A stretch of 55,601 nucleotides of DNA, the filler included, from Basidioascus undulatus (taxonomy: Eukaryota): the NCBI GenBank assembly GCA_000826855.1. It is 4 parts of 4 records of this genome, joined end to end, with 100 filler letters (N's around TTAATTAATTAA, not from the genome) between each part and the next. Parts side by side here need not be neighbours in the genome. Positions count along the whole stretch, not along the records: positions 27,874 to 41,692 come from JTLS01000784.1; positions 41,793 to 55,601 come from JTLS01000785.1; 2 more parts are not named here. One strand, written 5' to 3'. The position numbers and the translations under genes are program-made. The notes under the pieces are model-generated. The model worked only from the letters and a program-made list of their open reading frames with translations. It did no database searches and was not told the origin of the DNA. Positions within the stretch are counted from its first letter, which is position 1. Every line of letters starts with the position of its first letter. Positions 36,903-47,806 of this stretch are shown one piece after another.

Positions 36903-38376
36903 ATGCCGATGTCTTCTCAAGCGTCGACTCCACGGAGATACACCTCCGGTGGGATTCCTACAACTCTGCCGGACGTGCCTGTTTGTGCCGTTCTTCTGGC
37001 CGCGTTTGTCGCCGTTGCCGGTGCACACATGCGTGCGTAATCACCACTCACACATTCTCTTTTCTCGCTTACAGAGAGATCCGCTCCACAGGCCAATTCA
37101 TTCGTTATAAGCGCAAGTTCATCTAGAGTGCCGCATCGTTCGGTTTCTGTATGTCGCGGTGCGTTTCACCCCGACGTTCTTTTGGCGTCTGCGTTTGGGT
37201 TGACGCGATTGAACAGGCTTGTTGCTTTCTCCTTGAGGATAGCGTGGTCCCAAGAGCCTACCAGTGAGGGAAAGTATTTATTTATACACGGCAACGACCA
37301 CTGAAAATGCCGTCACAGACAAGGACCTCGCAATGTGCGTTCCACTGTCAATGCTGACGACAATGCCCTTCTGACTTCAAAACCCTCCTCTTTCAGTGCG
37401 GCAACCATCTTCATCGCCGCTGGGACTCTCTTGCTCTACGTCATGACAATCCAGTACGGCAAGAAGCTCATCTTTGCCATGTTTCGATTTCCTCCGAAGC
37501 GCAAGCTCCTCATTAAGCGCGTCTTTGAATGGTCGTCCTTCATGCTCCTCCCCATCCTCGTCTTGAGTGAGTGTAATCCTGAACTTATGATGAACCCGCT
37601 TCTGATTCCACCCACAAACAGCTGTCGCGCCTGGAGTGCAGTCGTTCCTTGCCACTGATCCCAAGATCTTGGCTACGGATCGCAAGATCACCCGCTTCTC
37701 AATCATTGTTTGTCTTCTCCATCCTGTCGTTCGTCGTCAAACGATCTTACACACACTGTAAAACCACAGGCTCAGTCTTGCTGTACGTCTTGGAATACCG
37801 ACGACCGCCACCACTACCTAGCTGCTGTCGAATGACTAACGTGGTCTGCCGTTCAGACGCCGGCATCACCCTGCCCATAATGGCTACTGCTACCTTTATC
37901 TGGATTAGAAAAGGCCACCATATGCAGGTTGCACAGCTGCCTCTCGGAAACAAAGGCAAGCGCGTCGTGTCGGCGTCCGAGCTCAAAGTCAACGTCACAA
38001 TCGTCATGCTCCTCAGCGCCCTTCTCACACTGGAAGCGGTGCGCGACTTCTTCTGCCCTTCCTGTGACATTCAAACCAAACTCACGACTCTCTGTGGGAC
38101 CGGTTTTCCTAGGTCGTTCGCGTCTGTGTCGCCTTCAACCCCCCGACGCGCAACCGATGGTTCCTCTCGAAGCCGGCCTTCTACCTTGTGCAGGGGGTCA
38201 TCGAGCTGATTTGCGTCGCAACGTATGCCATAGTCCAGGCGCCGCATCGCTTTGGGCGGCTCGTGCTTGGCGAGGGGAGCGATGTCGAGCTTAATGAAGG
38301 GACGGATGTGGGTGGGGAGGGGCGTTCGATAGACAACCGGGAGGGTTCGGATCACATGCCGACGAAGTCTGCATGA
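36903..38376 (+). pseudogene. DUF3112-like membrane protein with a single in-frame TAG (37124-37126)
   Basis: GGIPTTLPDVPVCAVLLAAF..AHM, KFI*SAASFGFCMSRLVAFSLRIAW, IAATIFIAAG, WFLSKPAFY..IEL. The remaining exons splice without further lesions. Confidence 0.7.
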
Positions 38377-38971
38377 ATTTGCGGTTTACGGGGAACACCT
38401 TTGGTCTGCTGTGAGTATTAGTGCTTTAATAAATTTCTGTAACGAGGTAGGTGCCTTTTGACACGTCGCTGTTCGTTCCGGCACACGCAGGCTGCGCTTT
38501 CCCGGCTGGAAACTTTGTAGCAAGTGCGAAGGTCTGACGCACGTACCTGGTCAGAGTCCTATAAAACTCTCCCAAATTTAGCAGAACAAACATGCATGAT
38601 TATCAGTCCGTGCACTCGCCTTCAGCATGTAGATAGCCCCTTGGAATGTGTTCTTATGCGAGTGCAGTGCCTCACTTTCCCGCTCTCCATTAGCAGCAGA
38701 TTGGTTCTACTGATAGTATATTCAAATCAAGGGACCATAATAGAGCATGGAATCCTTTCAGATCTACCACCAACTTCCGAAACACGACCGATCCCCTTTA
38801 CCCTCCCTGACAACGGGCTGATTGTCGCGCTGCGCGCGGTGTTTCGTCCACCGGGCGCTGTGCCTTTTGCTCGATCGCTTTCTGCTCATACCGGCGCCTT
38901 GCGTCCTACCCACACTCCTTTCCCTTGTATCTCTCGAGGGACGCCTGACTGCTGGGTCCCACCATCAAGCA

Positions 38972-40054
38972 ATGCCATTATCTACACCCAAAAGCGTTGC
39001 GTTTCGTCCCTCCCCTTCCTCGTCTTCGTTGTTAGCTTCGGGCTCCTCGCGCTCCATCACCTTCGACGTCCCCCCGGAGCTCGAGGACCCTTCTACGTCC
39101 TCCAGCACCCATAGGACCTGCACTCCCACACATTCGATCGCCCTCTCCCGTGCTCGTCCAGCCGAGAAAGCGAGGCGAAACCGGGTACTGGTATCTGCCG
39201 CCCACACATTCCGAATCCGCCGCGTCGTCCCGCTCCCCTACATCCTTACCCCAGCACCAGCCGGCCGACTCCATCCGCACTGCTACTCCTGAACCACTAT
39301 CGCGCACGAGCGGTGCGCCTACAAGCTCACGGAGGCGGAGGTGTACGGCATCCGGGCGAGCACCATCGCGCTTCTCGCTGCGTCATCGTCGCTGTCACGG
39401 CTGCGGCGTACGCGGCGGGACGGGGAGTGCTCACGGCGCGACGCGCGCGAGTCGTCTGGGTCCGGGTGCTGCGACAGGCGGCGCTCAGCGGCGGCGCGGA
39501 GGGCGGTCAGAATGAGGAGGAGGACTTCGAAGAGGAGGGCGGCGCAGAATCCTGAGCGTTTTTCAATTGTGAGGATCAGAAGGGATCGGGAGGACGGTGA
39601 GGAAGCGTACTGAAATGCACGAGCATCCGGCTGCTAAAACTGGCCTGCGCCGAGACGGCGGTCTGCATGCCGCCGCTGCCGCCGCCAATTTCGGGGGTCC
39701 CGCCTAGTCCACCATCGCCGACGGCTGGTGTTTGCGGCTGCGATGCCTCCTGCCCTGCACCTTGGAGCTGCGTGGCGACGCTAACGCCGCTGGGCGAGCT
39801 GGCGCGACCGCGGGACGGGCGACGTCGAGAATCTGTACATCCCGCGCGAGCCCGCGCCGCGGTACGGCGACGCGCGTGGGAGCGTTCTCCTCGTTCCCGC
39901 GCGGCCGCTAAGCGAGGAGAGGGGACCGGGAACGCTGGGGGAGGGGATGGAAGGCGAAGGGGCAGAGAGCGACGAAGGCGAGGTCGGAGGGCGGAGAAGG
40001 CCGAAGGTACCGGACACGCTACCTCGGCGGACGACGGCGACGCAGCGACGCTGA
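38972..40054 (+). pseudogene. Frameshifted remnant of a basidiomycete membrane protein family (GTGDVE...P.YG..RGS.LL tail)
   Basis: VYGIRASTIALL and a hydrophobic VIVAVTAAAYAAG lie in different frames; the C-terminal GTGDVENLYIPREPAPRYGDARGSVLL lies at 39812-39892. Confidence 0.45.
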
Positions 40055-40333
40055 AACTGCTAAGGCGCTCAATCTTGCTCGAGGAGATGCTTGCTAGTAA
40101 TCCACCCTCTCCCATCTTGTCATCACCTAGACCACCTTCACCCGCTGTCGTCCGAGATTGATCCTTATTGATGCTTGCCCACGCCCTGTACAAGCGCTGT
40201 CGACTGTACCCTGCCTTTCCGCTCTTCTCGAACGTCCATCCCAGCATAGTCAGCCGCATCAAAAGGCGCACAACGCACGCCAGTGAAGTCAATGGAAACG
40301 CATCGTCCATGTATCGCCCCACACATACGCACA

Positions 40334-41692
40334 TCAAGCCGCGAACCACTCCCAATCGACCTCCCGCTCCCTCGCGCCCTCCGCGCCCCTCGCCCGGTCC
40401 GCCATCTTCGCGCACAGCTCAGGCAAGCTCGCGAGGTGCCGCATTGTCGGACGGCCGTGCGGGCAGTTCTGTGGTCGCATAGTCATTCCTCGTCCTTGTT
40501 AGCAATGCAGCCGCATGAGACCTGAACGCGAGCTCGCGTACCCAAGGCTGGACCATCGTCCCCATGTGCCGGACGATCTGCGAAGCCGCCACAGGGAAGA
40601 GTCGGTCAGCGTCAGCGAAAAACCTGCAGACGGGAAGGCGATGGGAAGCAAAGGACGCACTGAAGTCATATGGTCCACCCTCAGCGCCTTCCCAATCATC
40701 ACGCTCTTCCTGCACGCGCGGCTGGCAAACATTGCGCGCGCCTTCGAGCAGCGCACTGTCCCTCTTCCGGCGCTGCCCGTCGAGTCCCCGAGGAGGTGCA
40801 AAAGCTCCTCCAAGTCTGCCCAGCCCGCACCCCAACCTCAGCACTCGCTCTTACCAGCCAGAAAGCGCGGGGGGAAAGAAAGGAAGAGAAGGAGTGAGAG
40901 AGAGGTGGACGTACCCCGCACGCCAAACACCGTGTCCTTGCTGATGGGCTGCGCGAGGAGCTTGACGCGCGAGCCGACCGGCGCGTCGTCGTCGATCGCG
41001 ATCTCGAACCCGTTCTGGCGGAGGATGTCGACGTTGTCCATCGCGACGAGCTCGTCGTGCGCGGGGAGCTCGAGCGCTCTCGGGCTGCCCCGTCCATCCC
41101 ACATCCACGTCACTCGATGCACTCCTCCAATCGCCTTAAAGGACGAAAGAAAGAGGTGGAGAAACAAGGGGAAGTGGAAGGGGAAAGGAAGGAACGTACA
41201 TGATCAACCTCTGGCTCTGAATCCTATGCCTGCTCTGCAGATCCTCAAAGTTGTACTTCTCGTCCGCGGCGTGCTGGTCGATAATGAACAGGTCGTCCAT
41301 CCCCCTCATCAAGTCTTCCACGTCCCTCTCCCCTGCCCTCCCCTCTTTCTCTTCCACCTCGTCCCGCCGACGAGCGATGATGAACCCCAGATTGAACTGC
41401 CCCAACACCCGCATCGCCCCAAAGTCCGCCTTGTGGATCACCCGGCTGAGCTCGCGCTCCGCGCGCGCCGCGTCCGAGACGTTGTCCAGCCCTGCATCGA
41501 GGATGCCTGGCTGCAGCGAGGGGGCGCGTGATCGCGAGGGTGGGGGAGGAGCGGCTTTCGTCCAGCGCGCTGCGATCCGCGCGAGGTCGACCTTGAGGCA
41601 CAAACGGCCTTTGTCGTCCAGCACCGTCTCCCCCGCCGAGCCTATCTCGTCCCGCCATGTGCGCGCCGGCGCCGCGCCCGCGTCCTGCGCGA
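40334..41692 (-). CDS. PMS1: MutL homolog Pms1/PMS2, C-terminal endonuclease domain (5' end lost in gap)
   Basis: MRVLGQFNLGFII, LFIIDQHAADEKYNFE, MFASRACRKSVMIG, PWNCPHGRPTMRHL. Confidence 0.95.
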
Positions 41693-41792
41693 NNNNNNNN
41701 NNNNNNNNNNNNNNNNNNNNNNNNNNNNNNNNNNNNTTAATTAATTAANNNNNNNNNNNNNNNNNNNNNNNNNNNNNNNNNNNNNNNNNNNN
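41693..41792. other. Artificial contig linker
   Basis: N44-TTAATTAATTAA-N44. Confidence 0.97.
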
Positions 41793-41794
41793 CC

Positions 41795-42019
41795 GACGGG
41801 GTTCAACCCCTCCAACCCCTACCTCTCCCCCTCCGCAACGACCTCCTCGGCCTCTTCAACACCACCACCCTCGCTTCCCCCTCATCCACCCCCGCACCTC
41901 AAAAGCAGCAGCAGCAGCAACATCCCTTCTTCCCTAGCGCGCCGACGAGCCCCATTGCCAGTCCAGTGCCCCAACAGGGCCAGCAGCAGAGTCAGGGGAT
42001 CGAGGACCTGCTGTTCTAG
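41795..42019 (+). CDS. 3' end of an unidentified gene with DLL motifs (possible clathrin adaptor)
   Basis: Open frame from 41795: ...RNDLLGLFNTTT...QKQQQQQHPFF...QGIEDLLF*. Confidence 0.45.
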   Translation, partial: DGVQPLQPLPLPLRNDLLGLFNTTTLASPSSTPAPQKQQQQQHPFFPSAPTSPIASPVPQQGQQQSQGIEDLLF

Positions 42020-42383
42020 GGCTGGCTTGAGGAGTAGGTCGGAGAGGCGAGGAGCGGGTTCGTGTAGAGTTGGTTTCTCTGGGAGTGCATACCTTTTCAT
42101 TTCTGCTCCCATAATCGAGGGCTGTTCCCACGTGGTTCGCATTCGTACTGCCAGATCCTCACAGCTGTTTGTTTACCTTTTGCTTCCTTCGGCAAGATCA
42201 GGTTTCAATGGGTCATGTCTACGGCGAATGGAGATGATGCCAGCGCGGTATCTTTCCGCCGCAGGGGCCCAGCCATCAGAACTTCGCTCTTCGCTCTTGC
42301 CGCTGTCCCTCTCGCTCTCAACTTCGTCTCTCATCACAACGACGTTTTTTTTCGCTCACTTCTTCCCGTTCCTCACTAACGTC

Positions 42384-43130
42384 ATGTCTTCTGGCATCAC
42401 CTCCGAACCCAGGGTTCTGCGCCTCCACCCTTGGCCGCATATCCCTAATCCTCATCCAAATGCACACCTTCACCGGCGCTTCGAGCCGCCGACGCCGAGC
42501 GCGACCCCGGAGGACGTCTTCTGGGAGAAACTGCGATCTACATCGACGGGGTCTCGCTCGGCAAAGGCTCCCCGGACGCGCGGGGTGGCTTCTCGGTCGT
42601 CTTCCGACCTGACCCAGAGGGCTCGGTCTTCAACGTCTCGGCGCGTCTCGAACGCGACGGGCAGACGTCGAACTGCGCCGAGCTCCGCGCAGCCATCGCG
42701 GCCCTCCAGCTCCGCGCGTGGTACGCCGAGGGCTTCTGGCGTGTCGTCCTCGCGTGCGACTCGGAGTACGTCGTCCTGGGCGCGTGTGGGCGCGCCAGGC
42801 TCTGGCGCCAGCATGGCTGGAGGACGACCAAGGGCGAGTCGATCACGAACCGGGATCTGTGGGAGCGGCTTATCGCCGAGCTGGAGCGCCACGAAAGGCA
42901 CCGCACCCAAGTCCAGTTCTGGCTCATTCCGAGGGCGCTCAACGGCGAGGCTGACGGACTCGCCAAAGCCGGCGCGGTGAGTGTCTTGTTTGAAATCTTC
43001 CTATGGAGGCAGTGCGACGTCCTTCGTATACTGCTTGCTGACGTTTCAACTGGGTTTCGACTTGGTGCAGGCGCTGCCCGGCTCGAAGGCTCACGGCGAG
43101 TTCACTCCCATGTATGCTATCCTTTGCTAA
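42384..43130 (+). pseudogene. Fungal RNase H1-like gene with an N-terminal frameshift
   Basis: RFEPPTPSATPEDVF is in the ATG frame. IYIDG, QTSNCAELRAAIAAL, ACDSEYVV, NRDLW and FWLIPRALNGEADGLAK are in another frame, which has an upstream TAA and no ATG. Confidence 0.75.
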
Positions 43131-45660
43131 CGGAGCGTTTAACCCAACTTCCGTCAAAAACAACTTCGAGGACCGATGATAGGCTTCCTATTCCAACCGT
43201 ATTGGTCGCTCGTAAGATCCTGGCCGTCTTTCGTTTGTCTGCACATGAATTTGCACTGCGTTGTGCCATCTGCTGGTCGCGCTTAGCCCTCTCTACGGAA
43301 CTCTTCGCTGTTTGACCTGCCCTTGCTGATGGTGAACTTGAAAATTCTATGGCGAAATATATGTTCTTGGGCTGGGGTGCCTTTCAGTTTGTTTCAGTTC
43401 CGAACGGGGAAAGACGGACCGTCTCGGTAGATTATCTCGTCTTGGAGCGTCCGCAGGTTGCCGAACGGCCATCCTCTCACCTCTCATACTCACGCTGTAA
43501 ATCAAGCGCGCAAGTATCTCCTTCTGCTCTACTTCAAAAGACTGTTCTACAGACATGAGCGCCAGCCCTCTTCCCGAGGATGACATCTCCCTTATCTTCG
43601 GCGTTCGCCACCGCCGGTACGGACGCGAAAGCCGCAGCGACCCGACGCGCTCTTCCACTCGTCTGCAAGAGACTCGATATAAGTTTCATGATCTGCAGAG
43701 ATGGCTAACCCTCTCCGAATAACCAACGAATGTAATTGCAGGCCCTCGCGCAACACGACCTCTTCGAGATGATTGCGCTGCGTGCGGTCCCTGCATTCGA
43801 TCGATCTGCTCTATCAGAACTTCCTTCAGTTGGAAGAGAATAGTTTTCCCACTGCTCAACGCGTTCGCGACCCAGCGTTTACATCCCCAAGGATTCATAC
43901 TCCGTGTCAGTCAGCTGGCTCGACTCGACTTCAATGGTCTCCATTCCCTCCTCACCCGCCTAAGCTCTTTGACTGTCTTGGAGACGATCACGAACTCTGT
44001 CCTTGTTGGGGCTATGAAGTTGGTCTGCAGACACTCGACACACTGAGCCGAAGCTGCGCTCTCAGCTTGAAGCCCAAATCGACGTGACGCAGACTGGCAG
44101 CCTCGGGGTGGCAAGAGCTGGGCTAGTCCTTTCGTTCTGACCAGATTCAAAAACCTTCGAGCGCTGGCCCTATCCTCGAACGGTGCGCGTTTACCAAGCG
44201 CCGAACCGTTGCCCATAGCTTTACCCCCAGTGGAGATTCTTGATCTCAACGACACCGTGACCAGGTAGTTGAGCAGCTCGTTGTAGTCGCAGGCGATCTT
44301 CGCTTCACTCCGCGTTTTGGCAATAAAACTAGAACCAAAACCTCCGCCACGTCTCATCGAGGTTCTTTCGACGTCATGGGATGAGCCTGGCGGAGCTCTC
44401 CGTCAAACTGCTCGCCAGCACTGCCCAGCTTTCTGCTGCTCTCGCAGCATACTACAAGCTTCACAAGCTCACGCTTCTCCGCAACCACCAACCAGTCTCA
44501 GCAAAGTTTGTTACCGCCTTGCCATCGGCACTGAAGTACATGACTCTCCACGTGCCCGACTCGTCCTCTAATTGCCGTGACTTGCTTGGAAGGTATTCTA
44601 ACCCCACTACGCACGGCGGGCCTAGAAACCCTCGAAACAGTTGCTCTGATACTCCTCTCATACCTTTTTTTTCCACTTGGGACACGGCGGACTCGACCTG
44701 GAGGGGTTGGGCATACGCCTGTGCGACGAGCAGCACAGAGTGCTTCGCGTGCTTAAACAGGTTGTCTAAAGACAGTGCCGAATGACCTTGCGGTGTTTTT
44801 GGGTTGAATGGGAGAACCTGACTTGCACTGAGAGTCTGACAAGCTGTGACCATGCATGCACGGAAGAGTCTACTACAGACTTATTTGCCTCTGTCATTTC
44901 TGTCCTTGATACCACCTGTAGTCGCTGTACTCTGTAGTGACCATTGCGTCCTTTGCACTTCTCACCGCCCTCAGTGGCTTCTGTGCCTTTCATCCATTAC
45001 CCATTGAGCATAAACCCATCTAATCGCAACTTCATTAACCTTTCATAACTCGAGTTCAATTCTCCATTGTGTGGGAGAAGCACCAGGGTCTGCGCGCAAG
45101 AATTCGGGGGCAGCGCTGTGACCCAGAGTGTTCAAGTTGGCCTCATTTTTTCTCGTACTTATCCATTGTCAGGCTTCCATTCAAGCGGCAGATGAACCAC
45201 TGCAATCTTCGAAATTGCGAGTTACATATGCGCCGTATATTCTCAAGTCCATCTCGACCTCACTTGGACGCCTCTTAACTTCCGGAAAGACTCGCCCAGA
45301 CTAAAATTATTTATGTTACATTTTCTTATAATTCAATGTAAGCTTGGCTGGGGTAGTGGTAACCTGGGTCGTTGCCATCGGATTTCGACCCGCCCCGTGT
45401 TCGATTCACGGGTCAAGCACATGATTTTTTTCTCAGCCAGTGAGACTGTTGTTGGACAATGGATACTCCAAAGGCATAATATAAGTAGGGCAAGCTCATA
45501 TTAACAAGTCACCGCAAAGTGTCTCTTGCAAAAAACAAATCATGCATGTAAACACGCGTCTTCCATGCGTGCGATGGCGGTTGAGCCGGTGGCCGGGTGT
45601 GCACAACCAAGTGACCTTCTGGTATGGGTTGAAAGAGCGGGCAAAACGTTTGAGGCTACT

Positions 45661-47289
45661 CTATTGGGACTTCCCAGCGCGCTCCTTTGGGGTCGCCTTT
45701 CTCGCTTCGGCCTGCTTCTTCCGGTACGCGTGGAAGTGAACGTCGGTGCCGAGCAGCAGTGCCCTGTGTAAGTCCACAAAGGTTTCTATCAGTGAGCAGC
45801 GGTATAACACGAGGTTGAACGGAAAACTTGTATACTGACACCACTGCAACATCCGCGAAGCCCGCCCGGTTGTCAGCTAAAGCGCGAGCACGAGCGGGAG
45901 CAGACGATATCGCACGCGGAAGTAAGAGGAGAAGCACTCGTGGAATTTCTCGTGGTGATAGTCGTCTGGAAGGGACATCTACCTGTCAGTCGCAAATTGG
46001 GACCTTGTAGGCTCAACGTCGAGCCTACGGTGATCAGCCCCGGCCCAGAACGGCAGGAACTTGTTCAACGACCACGGGAAATCGTAGCCACTGTGGGAGT
46101 CTAAAGAAAGCTTGAATCTGGACTTTGCCACCTGTAAGAGGGTTGAAGATAGTACTCACCGATGGCTTGGAAAAGCCGGAGAACGATCCACACATACATG
46201 GTGAGGATGTGCAGGTTGCCGGAAACCGCAGAGTACATAATCGGGCCCCCCACAGTCCCAAACCTAGTTAAACCGACTTCAATGGGTGAGCGTATTCGGC
46301 GCACTGAAGTATAAGCGAAATATTTCGTCCATGGGCCGTGTTAGTGGGGTTAAGCGAAGTAATCAGAGTAGGAAGACTCACGAGACCGAAAGGCGCAGAA
46401 TACTCATGATGGAGTTTGTGTACGTGCTTGTACAACGACGTGCTTGTACAACGGATGCCAATGGAGCATTCGATGTAATATGTAGTGCCAGAGGTCTTCG
46501 AAGACAAAGAAAATGGCAATCTGCCAGGCCATCGTCGAAATCGAGGGCAAGGGTAGCTGGTATGTCTTCATCCCAAAATGTTCGGCGATCCTGTGGGCAA
46601 TGCCCAAGAGAGCGTAGTCAGAATAAATTGGCAGAATTCATATCTGTTCAGGTTCGCGCTTGGGGAAAAGGACGCACGGATGGAAAGCCCAAATCTGGGG
46701 AAGCTCGATGGTCAAGTGCTGCAGAAGGACAAGTTTGGTGCAGCGCCACTGATCCCCAGGCGAGGGGACTTTGCCCTGGGGGACGTCGAACAGTTAGAAG
46801 TAGATCCGGATACTATGGATGTTATCCGTAGCCATGTGCAGGGGTGGATAAGGATAGGGAGACTAGGCGTACCGGCTGCAACTTGTACTTGCGGAAGAAA
46901 GGAATCGCGTCGATTATGATCCAAGGCAACGAGCGACCGAAATAAACAATCTGCGGGACCGAGTTATACAGTCAGACACTTGTTAGTTTGCCCCGGAGAA
47001 CTGACGCGAATTGGCAACCGAAAGGTCGAACCTCGTGCATCAGGAAGCTCATCATTCCTGTGGCGATGACGGGGTTGCCCCACCAGATGTAATATTGCGC
47101 CCAAAGGTTCTAATGCCGCAGAATACTTATCAACCCTTCCAGAACTTCCAAAAGTCTTTAAACGAGGAGGACGCACCTCGAACCAGTTAAGTCTGTCCAG
47201 ATCGATCCCCCCGTACAAGTCGGCGCCCTGCACCGCAAGCGGCTGGAAGTATGTCGACGTGTTGTCTGGAGACGAGCAAGCGTCTCCAT
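45661..47289 (-). pseudogene. ERG25: C-4 methylsterol oxidase with multiple frameshifts
   Basis: [76 protein letters not shown]. Lesions at about 47268, 46422-46453 (16-bp tandem duplication) and about 46280. Confidence 0.88.
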
Positions 47290-47636
47290 GGTGGTGTAGA
47301 CGGCTTGCTTGAATGCAATGCTTGGTCAGTGGTAATGGTTTGTGTCACGGAAAGAAATGTTGAAAGAGCCATGATGGGCTGCGGCCGTTCGACCGTGGCC
47401 TGATCGCCGGCAGCCACTGTGTCTCCCAGCCAGATTGCGGAGGCCCACCTCTGCCCCCTTATGTAATTTATTGTAGAATGTTCAGGGACACATTTACTTG
47501 GTCAGTGGTTTATGTAATAAAACATGCGAGTGATATAGTACTGTGCTCGCTGAGAGCGCAGAATCAGCCCATCTTGTACTGCAGCCTTTACGCGCGATAG
47601 CCGCTCGGCCGCAGAGGCTTTCTCCAACCCCCGTTT

Positions 47637-47646
47637 ATCATACGAT
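47637..47646. promoter_or_regulatory. SREBP/SrbA-type sterol regulatory element candidate (ATCATACGAT)
   Basis: Lies in the 517-bp ERG25/ERG3 divergent spacer and fits the fungal SREBP-type ATC-N5-AT element. Confidence 0.45.
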
Positions 47647-47806
47647 ACTGATATAGAAATTAGGCGAAGAAGGACCCCGAGAACGCATTGCGTTGATTCC
47701 TCTTCGACGCCCAGAAGTCTTCACGGCACCGTCTTCCATCGCCCTCGCTGATTCTCACTTACACCTTCACGTACCTCTTTTCTGTCGCCCCCCCCCACCC
47801 TTCTGG

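Noticed and set aside
40515..41531. 338-aa plus-strand ORF
   Set aside because: Antisense to PMS1; a by-product of high GC3.
42384..43130. LTR retrotransposon interpretation of the RNase H
   Set aside because: No RT, integrase, gag or LTRs nearby, and the gene has a spliceosomal intron.
43556..44800. Possible F-box/LRR remnant (MSASPLPEDDISLIF...)
   Set aside because: Too fragmented to support a gene model.
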